Shown piece by piece: positions 55,206-64,000 of a stretch of 64,000 nt of DNA (its first letter is position 1; the number at the start of each line of letters is the position of its first letter). Where the stretch lies: the NCBI GenBank assembly GCA_020536535.1, contig JAHLWZ010000864.1:4265-68264 (forward strand), given 5' to 3'. This DNA comes from Pelomyxa schiedti. Taxonomy: Eukaryota; Protista; Evosea. The notes under the pieces were generated by a model. It ran no database searches. It saw nothing but the letters and a program-made list of their open reading frames with translations, and was not told the origin of the DNA. The translations under genes and the position numbers were made by a program.

Positions 55206-56559
55206 CAATAACACACACATATCTTGGGACAATCATAGGGGTGTTCTAGATCACAAACCTCATGCAAAATACAGAAGCATTGCTCCAGAACGTTGAGCAG
55301 ATGATTAACAAGGCCCAGCTCCAGACATTATACCCAAGGTCATTGGTCTCCAAAGGAAAATCGTGGCTACCACAATATTGGGACTGAATATTCCAAAATT
55401 TTAAGAGACATACCTCCTTCCCTGAATTCCCAACCCAATATGCAAATGCTGAACCTATTGCCAACAACCTAACTTGCAATAGTGCAGTACTCCAAACCCA
55501 TAAATTCACCTATTTATCTAATCAAACTAAACTGTTGGAAGGATGATGTTCCTATTTATCAAGAACTTACAAATGGCTGACCTTAAAGGCAGTTGATTCT
55601 TATCCTTGTGGAGGGTATGAAAGATAAATACAATCTGGTTCATTCTACTGAAGCTCAGAGGAATTTCTACAGAGACCCTGGAATGTTGAAGTGTGTTGCA
55701 GGTTGATGTTTGTTGTTCTGTGATGCAAGTAGTGCATCTGTGCTCCTTGAGTGCCCATTTACCTTTGGTGCATTTTTTTGATGTATGTGTAATGTCCATT
55801 GGAATTAACATGCAATAGCACATTCTGGCTATGAGCATCACAGATGTGGTGTGTGTTGTGGGGGTTTAGTTGTTTCCCAGTTCAGAAACTGATGCAGATG
55901 TGTCTGTGAACTTGCTTGTCTGACTACCATAAATTCTGTTAACAGAATACTTGAGTTGCCAAATGACTTGAATTTCTCAGATAGGGTTCTAGTATATCAA
56001 ACCAGTGATTCACTGTGCACAAAATGCTGTGGCGGCCAAATAGAGTTTCTGCTGATTACAGTAGGTGTCTGATTACACAAAAATTTCTTCATGTTTGTAT
56101 GTGATGTGCAGACTTGGCATCATATTTGCTAGAAACTCCACACTCAATCTTGTGTGACGTTGAGTGCAAGACACAATTGTTGGGGGCTCTAGGTTCTTCT
56201 TTTCGTTGGCTGAGAGTCAAAAAATCTGACTCAGGATCAATTTAGGGAATTAGGATTGGGATTCTACTGTGACCACAATGAATAAAGAAGTGTGTTGTAT
56301 GTTGTTCACAGGGACATGAGAAATAAAGAGAGCTATACTCCTCACAGATACAGCTTCCAAGAAAGGCTTAGAATATGTGGTATGGAAATACAAGTATTTT
56401 GGTGTTGACTTTTTGCCTAGTGGAATTTATGAATGGCTATCTAGTGTTTTGCAGTCTATGCAGGATAGACACAGAACATTTGAGATCAAATAATCAACAT
56501 ACTGGAAGTATTACCAAAGACCGGAAATTCACTTAGTGGTGACCCTCAACAAAAAAGAA

Positions 56560-56697
56560 CCCGATATTATCTATCTGGATCCACACTGCAAGCAATATGG
56601 ATCTTGATGTAGCTAGCCCTACAATCAAATTTAATTTAAATAATTTTTCACTAGACATACAAGGGGATATCGACCCCTCTTGCAATTGGCATTTCGT
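56560..56697 (+). pseudogene. ATG4 (peptidase C54) C-terminal fragment
   Basis: DIIYLDPHCKQ (cf. IYLDPH with catalytic Asp/His), followed by DIDPS(fs)AIGI (cf. DPSLAIGF). Confidence 0.5.
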
Positions 56698-57332
56698 AAG
56701 CAACATATTATCGCGGCCCTGTTCAGGAACCTCTCGTGCATTTTACTTTGCCCCAGTTCCACGAAATCTGTCCCAACTTCGTATCTTATTGTCATACAGG
56801 TGAATCTATTTGCACCAATACCATCAAATTCCCAACTGAGAAAGAATTCTGGAACCATTGATCATTTGCACTACATATTAGATCAAGGGATCCTTGCTCC
56901 ATTAAAGAACACACCATTTCTTTGTAAGAAATATTTCTGCTGTATCCTGAAGTCTTGACCCTTATCAATTCCGCTAAGTTCGACTTCCATGTGTTGGCTC
57001 ACTTATGATGGCAAGTGATTGACCCATCTTCAGCCAGTCTTCTTTCCAATGCATTTCAGTAACCTGGGAATGGCGGGTCAGATCCTGCTGGGGGTTGCCA
57101 CAGTGTAACACATCGATAGAAAAGAAAAGCTCAACCGATACAATACAATAAACAAAGGAGCCGCAGCGAAGCAAGGCCAATCAAGACCCTAGTCTGGTAT
57201 GACTCTCACTCACAGTGTCATGGATTCTCATTTTATAATCTCTTCTTATTGCTGGCTCCATCACTACCGTGTCAGTCCAGCTTGAAAGGCTTTCTGACTC
57301 GTTTTCTGGGGCAGGTTGAATCTGCTGTTGGT

Positions 57333-57489
57333 TCGTCCTCATCATACTCTCCCTCATCATCTTCATGTGGTCCCAGGCTTGCACCTGCGGGACACTGGTG
57401 CACTCCCAGATGGGGCAAAAACTGCTTCCCTGATTTGTGAGTTTGGGTGCACAGACAGCTTGGTAAGCCTCTGTACCCACTTCTCATTT
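57333..57489 (-). pseudogene. Diverged, deleted copy of the 3' end of the importin-alpha-like gene (33836-34006)
   Basis: Near-identical nucleotide blocks (tcgtcctcatcatac...cttgcacctgcggga...ctgatttgtgagtt...cttggtaagcctctgtacccactt) with substitutions and small deletions. Confidence 0.9.
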
Positions 57490-57722
57490 ACCGGCATAAC
57501 AAGATTCCAAGAGGAACAAAGTAATAAAGAATATGAAGTGGGGTCAGCTCACAGTGACTTGTTGCGGTTTTCGTCTTCGAATCTGCTCTCAATAACTTTT
57601 CGACATGCTGCTGGAGAAAAGCGTGTCCTTTTATCACCCCTTCCAATTCCTTTCCATTCTTCAAGCAACACTGTTGTTAAAAGAGAGCTTTTTTTTTATT
57701 CATTCAACTCTACAATTTATGA

Positions 57723-59526
57723 CTATGATTTTGGAGTGTGTGCTGGGCAAAACAGCAGACCCAACAGGGGTGCGTGGATGCAAGAGTCAGCCCTCAAATA
57801 TGTATTGCAAGTCTGGCATTTAGCACAGGACCGGTGGCATGTGACTGCCAGCTTAGCCATTTCCATCTTATGAACCGGCTTCTTACACACAACACACAAT
57901 GACCGCGGAATTCCGATGAGAGGTGGTGTGAGGGAATTGTTACTGTAATTCAAGTTGATGCTACGGGATGGAGAGTGATCAGGGCAGTAAATGAGGCCCT
58001 CTGAGGCCTGCGATACATCAACTCCATGGTTCAGGTACATATGGCCCAGCTGTTTATTGCAGGTGGAGCACTTGTAGCATGTCAGGTGCAGTAGAAGGTA
58101 CCCGGCTTTGCATGTAGTAGCTACAGAAAGTATTGGCCGGTGGCAAATCGGGCAGGTTCCAACTAGCTTTCGGGTTTTTGAGCCATCAACATATATTCTA
58201 GGGTGCAGTTTCACAAGAAGCCCACCGTCTGGAGTGAGGTGCCAGTGGAGTAGGCAATAAGCACCTTCGTAGATGCTTGTGGTAGGTCCCTGATAGGAAC
58301 CGACCCTTGCTGCCTTAGCAGGGAACAGCTTTGTGAGCTCGCGTGTCAGTCTCTCAACGAGGCCGGTTATTTGTGCTGTGCCTCCTACTAAAATAATATT
58401 GCGCATGAACCACCACCACGATCCACCAAGGCGGTTAAATACATCAGTCAGAAGCTCATGCAGGCCCAGGCCAGTGCGGCCGGCAAGAGCGGGCTTGAAC
58501 AACACCTCAGCACTCTTAAACTTCATCTCCTTGGTGATAGTGACCGTTTTTCCAGAGGGGAGATGTAGTGTACAGTTCTCACTGTTGGCAGTGTTATTCA
58601 ACTCGTTTTCTGGGTCCTGGGCAATATAACAGAGCCTGTTCTTGGCCTCGTTTATTGTCTCATAGTCAGCTGACCAAGCCGTATCATCATTTGGAAGACC
58701 CAAAAGGTGCATCAGTTGAAGGGTGATGTGCCTTCCTCCAATTGTGTTCTCCAGACAAACTCCCCTTGGAACTGCGTGATATAAACTGTCAGTACCATCG
58801 TCTTCCTCCATTCTAAGAGGTTCTGCATGACAGCTGCTCTCACCAATCCTAACAAAAAGCCGCCAAACTCTTTGACATGCACCCTCATAAAGCCAATGTA
58901 GATACAGTGGTGATTGAACAACAGACAGTGAATGTGCCCCTAAGTAATCAATGAAAATTTCTGATAGCCCAGCCCGGAAATCCGGGTTGACTTGAACAGG
59001 TTCCACCACAAGGACCTTGTATTGTATTATTCCACTTCATATCTTTATGGATTCCAAACCTCACATCCATGTGGATCAACTTCCATCCTAGAAAAAGCCT
59101 CCTCCAGAATAATTCTCAAATGCTGCCAATTTGGAATGTTTCCACCTATACCAATTACATTCTTGGTCTCCAAAATATCATCACGATGTGACGACGTGTA
59201 ACTCGTAGAGGGCTCCACAGGGGTGTTTGTTTCTCCCATAATTTGAACCTGTGGCACCCACATCCGATCCAAACGCAGCAGACTCGCAATGTTCTCCAGC
59301 GCAAGAGCAGGCAACTGTCTCACCAAACTTGAGGCACCAGCTCTCACGTGAGTTCCGCACAAGAAACTCATAAACGGTTGCCTCCAGATTCGACACAATC
59401 GCGTTGAAATAACAAAAACTAGTGTTACCCATAAGTACCAAAGAGACCAACGAACAGTCAAACTAGAAAAAAAAAACAACGCAGGTACCCTTCTTCTCCT
59501 CTGCCTCTTCGTCGTAAATCCCACAT
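57723..59526 (-). CDS. Divergent actin-related protein with N-terminal GxHxRxG motif and two C-terminal LIM domains
   Basis: Actin-fold blocks IPNWQHLRIILEEAF, VLVVEP, IGGRHIT, EAKNRLCYIA, LHLPSGKTVTI, AEVLFKP, NIILVGGT and GLVERLTREL. LIM1 CPIC...H..CYKCSTC...YCPDH; LIM2 CVVC...HRSCAKCQTC...FCPAH. Intron 59059-59016. The start is uncertain. Confidence 0.85.
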
Positions 59527-59740
59527 CTTATGTTACGTGCTCCTATGTGAAACACCACATTCTGTGGTCGTTTTTCCCCGGCGTCCGTAGTCATTTCACA
59601 GGGCTTTTTTTTTTTTCGTGGTCACCAAACGACTTTTGTTTCATATCGGGATAAAAATCGAAGCTTCTTTCCCGGAAATGGAAATTCTGTTTAAGTTAAC
59701 GATGAGTACAAGGGCAAAGGCTTGTGTGTTGCCAATGGAA

Positions 59741-62471
59741 TCAGTTGTTGAAAACACCTTTGAGCCTGATATCACGTGAAGAAGAGCCCACGTAGACTGC
59801 GAACTGACCGGTGACCTGTACAAAGTCATGTGCAATGGTGCTCCAAATGGAGAGGTCTTTGGGTGGGTTGAGGGGGAGAGTGATGTCAATGGATTTGCCG
59901 GGTGCCAAGGTAACTTTGGAGAATCCACGTAGTACCTTGTTTCGTAAGTTTAGAGGGTGGCATGAATGTGAAGTGTTACCTTGGGTGGTTCGTTGGAAGA
60001 GGGCGGGAACCCGACGTAGACCTGTGCTACTTCGGCACCAGTCACAGAGCCGGTATTAGTCACTGTGAACGACACCGCAGTGTTGTTGGCAGATAGCGAT
60101 GAATAACCAAACGTTGTGTATGACAGCCCGTGCCCAAACGGGAATTGAGGGACTTCACTGGCTTTATCAAACCAGCGGTACCTAGAGTGCCGCAAATATC
60201 AGTGCGAATTTGGTCTTCTGAACACATACCCAACAAAAATAGTTTCCGAATATTGTTCCTCTTCATACAGTCCCGGATATTGCTCCACGGTTTTAAGATA
60301 TGTTTGATCCTCCGACACAGGGAATGTGAGAGGAAGTTTCCCGGAAGGATTAACATCCCCAAAGAGAACAGACGCTAGCGCGTTTCCATCTTCCTAATCT
60401 TGATTAGAAGGCACTAAAAACAAATTGGAGTCGTACTTGCCCAGGCATGAAGCATTCCAATATCGCTGGGACTGAGGTAGCAAAAGGTAACAAAACAGAT
60501 CCAGGTGAGTGAACAACTACTATCGTATTTGGCTGAACTGCCAAAATAGCATTTACCAAGTCAACCTAGCCAAAAGAGTGTAAACAAGGAAATCAAGCAC
60601 GGAGGCTACTTCGCCATAGTCAAGATTCAAATTTCTTCGGTCACTTCCCTCGCCTGAACTGGTACCAACAACTACAACAGCGACTTGTACTTGCTTAGAA
60701 GCAGGTTAATGTTGATCGAACAGAAAAAATCTGCCTACCTTGGCTAAATCTATGGCGTTATCAATCACTGTACCATCAGAGTATTGCACTTCACCACGTG
60801 GCAATCGAGATTTGATGCCGGCATAGGGTGTGACAACATATTCATGTTTGACTTCGCCAGAGCCGCTACCAGCTATTATAGGAACGTCACGTCCGGCACG
60901 GCCAAATACACCAATACTGGTAATACTATCAGCATCAAGAGGAAGCATCTATAAGAGTTACGAATTTTTATTGCAGAGATTAAATCACCTGATTATCATT
61001 CTTCAAAAGGACTATACTATTTTCAGACAAAGTCCTGGCGAGTAAGTTGTGCTCCTCGCTTGTTGCATCAACACTTTCAGAAAATGAGAAAAGGAAAAAC
61101 GACTTGAAATTGTGAATTACCTCAAATTTCCTGTTTGAACAGTATCAAATATTCCAACAGCAAACATGGATGTCAGGATACGTAGGGCTTTATCTTCAAT
61201 GCACGATTCAGGAACCTTACAAAATTAGTTCCCACTAAATCATTTGATTTCAAGATACCAGTCCCGATTCCACTGCAGAAGTTAGTGCTGCACCAAAATA
61301 GGTATCACCGGCCATTTCCATATCCAGCCTAAAGCAGTGGTCGGATAAGTTGTTTGTGTTTGTTTTTGTAGTAGGGTACCCAGCCAAAGCTGATTCCACA
61401 GTACTATGGGTGGCACCCCAGTCACTCATAACAAAACCTTGAAAGCCCATTGTCCCTTTAAGGTCCTTATTGAGCAAACGATCATTCTCACACGCCCAAG
61501 TATCATTCACTCTTCAAATTCCTCAGAACTTAATGTAACCCAGAAGAATTACTTGTTATAAGAGCACATTATTGATCCAACCCCTGCATCGATGGCAGCT
61601 TGGAATTGAGGATAGTAAAGCTCTAAGGAGGCTCAGTACCAATGAGGTATCGATGATATACCGTATTGCGTTCTTTCATCGACATGAACATTAACTGTTC
61701 CTCTGTTTTCCTCTTGATTATTATCGGCATAATGCTTTGCACATGCAATGACTCCCTTGCTTTGAACACCTGAAAAGGATTTGACAGGCATTCCACTGAA
61801 TGTAAGAAATACCTTTTACACATTGTGTAACATAAGCAGAGCCAAGGAAGGGATCTTCTCCAGTTGATTCAAAATTCCTGCCATCAACAGGCACTCTGGC
61901 CAAGTTATTCATTGGTCCAAGCATCACATTTGTTCCCTACAAGTGAGAAAGGAAATTTAGGCTAAGATGGTGAATAGTAATTTACCTTAATCCATTGCTC
62001 CTCTGCCATGCCTTGCGCAAACTGATAGTACATGTCGGGGTCCCAGGAAGCCACAACAGTAAGTGCTGATGGCCAGCATGTCACCTTAGTAACCCCATCT
62101 GCTACCTTTTTTTTAAAATTGTTACGGTTTGGTAGAGAATCCAAAAGTAATGGATTCTTTTCAATTTCAAAATCGAAAAACAACCAAACAAAGCAAATAA
62201 ACAAAAAAAAAAAAAAAAAAAGGGGGGGCGTGTGGGGGGCAGAACATACTCCCTGAGGACCATCCTCCAGATGGAGCACAGGTATCCCCAACTCGGGGAT
62301 GGCGTTGACCGTACCCGCGTACGACCCGCTGATGCCGTGGACCATGGACAACATCTGGTCCAGCGTCATCTGATCTAGTAGAGCCTGTGCCCTCTCCGCC
62401 GGGGTAGCGCCCCAACACGTGGAAACAACCACCGCCAACAACGACAACAGCACTGTCGCAACTACGGCCAT
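59741..62471 (-). CDS. Secreted glycoside hydrolase family 3 beta-glucosidase, multi-exon
   Basis: Signal peptide MAVVATVLLSLLAVVVSTCWGA; LEDGPQG, GRNFESTGEDPFL, KHY, GFQGFVMSDWGATH (catalytic Asp), GSGSGEV, FPFGHGLSYTTF, EVAQVYV; Fn3-like C-terminus VGSSSRDIRL. Confidence 0.95.
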
Positions 62472-64000
62472 ACGAACGAAATCTCTCCCTTCCTCAACGG
62501 GTTTCTGTTTTGTTTTGTTTGGTTTTTTGTTGTTTATAATAGTGGTTTTCTGCAAAACTGCCACTTTTTGATGTGGAGTGCTGAGGAAAGGGATCGTGTG
62601 AGAGCAACACCAGGTTCTGGCATAACGTATGGCCCAAACAGCACGAATTTATGGGAACAATCAACAAGAAGAAGGGGCTCTGCCTATGACAATGTCGGCA
62701 GGCACAAGATCGGAGCCCGGAGACGGGGGGATGTGATGCGACAGTGGGCCCAACAACAGCACACGACGAGGTGACACTGGGGTGAAGACACTGTTTGCCT
62801 CGCGAGCCAAATGGCGGCGGTCGCGGCGGGGCTGCACCCTCGCTGCGGAGCACAGTGCGCCCTTTCGCAATTGTGGGTATCTGGTGTGCTGGTGTTGTTC
62901 TGTTGTCTCACACCAACATATGGAATTTCCAATGAAGAAGTAACATTGAGGCCGAGACATCAGAGAATGTGGCACGCATATTGGCCAGTGTGATGTCCCT
63001 CGGTACCGAACACCAAGGGGCATCCCATCACTGAAATCCTCCACCCCGTGCCGAGTTTATTTTTCCCCGATGCCCGCACATTCCATTCCGTTCGTCGTGA
63101 GGGACATCTATGCACCACTCACTTCCCATAATCGTGGTGGGAACACACGAGGACGACTACGACTTTGTCCTGGATTGTAGCAGGGAAGACAACGGAACCT
63201 CGTTTCAGTTGAATTTTCACTGTTAGGGCATATGATTTGGACACACAGTCCTTTACTTACACAGATGCATGGACCACAGGTATGTGTTTCCTATCTCGTT
63301 CTTATTTGACTTTAAATATCACGTTGTTTCCCATTCTGCTTCCAAGCAATTGCTTTGTACAAATACCCGGCCTCCCTTGGAAGGTACTAACTAGATTTGG
63401 ATTTCTATCACTAAAACAAAGATTTTTCAAAAGCATCAATTCTACAGACAAATTTACACTACAAACACTTGTGCCACTTCTGGCAGAGAGAGACATGCCT
63501 CCCACTGTTGTGGCATACAGCTTATTGCTTGGATCAACACTGTCACTTCCACCTCTGCCACTTGGAGCAAGTTGGGGGCTTTACTATTCCGTAGCCCCCA
63601 ACATGACAATGGGTTGGAATGTTTATCTCATGCCTCGTACTACTGTGATGAGCATACTATTCCAGACAATCTCGGAACCTTTGGCAATACTTTTGTCTAC
63701 AGTCAGTATGCTATCACTACATTCGGGAAGGTAAAACCGAACACAAAGTACAGTCTATTATTTATTGCAGCGACTGGTGGAGGAATCATGTACCTGAAGT
63801 CAATCACTTGTTTCCAAACTAACAAATTCTAGATCCATTTTTAGGGTCACCTTAGAAAAGTAACCCAAGTTTTTTTTTTGGGGTGTTTCTTCACACCACA
63901 CCAGCACACGCAATGCAAGCAATTGCTGCGCAATAGAGAAGAATCACACCACACAATAAAGCCTTCACTCTCCAAGAAGTTCCCTTGAATTCCCTGAAAA

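Noticed and set aside
63060-63832. Intact gene at the right end
   Set aside because: Coding-like but split across frames with stops; no family recognised and no consistent exon model could be built.

Overview
Gene-dense genomic DNA from a microbial eukaryote. It has many short (mostly ~30-60 nt) spliceosomal introns with weak splice signals, GC-rich first exons and longer T-rich first introns. An amoebozoan (Archamoebae/Pelomyxa-like) source is my inference from style only. Positions 1.2-38.6 kb are a compact run of intact-looking genes: coiled-coil/GRAM protein, RUS1/DUF647, a RING protein, RecQ4 with an Sld2-like N-terminus, a retropepsin-like/MYND fusion, a KCTD-BTB protein, NOG2/GNL2, DHX34, proteasome beta1, a VPS9 GEF, PP5, a GH31 glucosidase with an internal trefoil domain, an importin-alpha-like protein with no IBB domain, and a G-alpha subunit. 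Positions ~39-57.5 kb look like a mosaic of decayed gene fragments, several with introns: xanthine dehydrogenase C-terminus, GH13, ATG4, a LINE RT, a copy of the importin 3' end, and two paralogs of an unknown family. The right end holds an actin-fold + 2xLIM gene carrying an N-terminal 'GxHxRxG' motif that recurs elsewhere in the window, and a secreted GH3 beta-glucosidase. Non-coding oddities are a perfect 71-bp inverted repeat (644-802) and a structured ncRNA candidate (~24.8-24.97 kb). There are three 100-N gaps, two of them flanked by 121-bp artefactual duplications. Exon boundaries were read by eye and domain calls are from motif recognition, not database searches.
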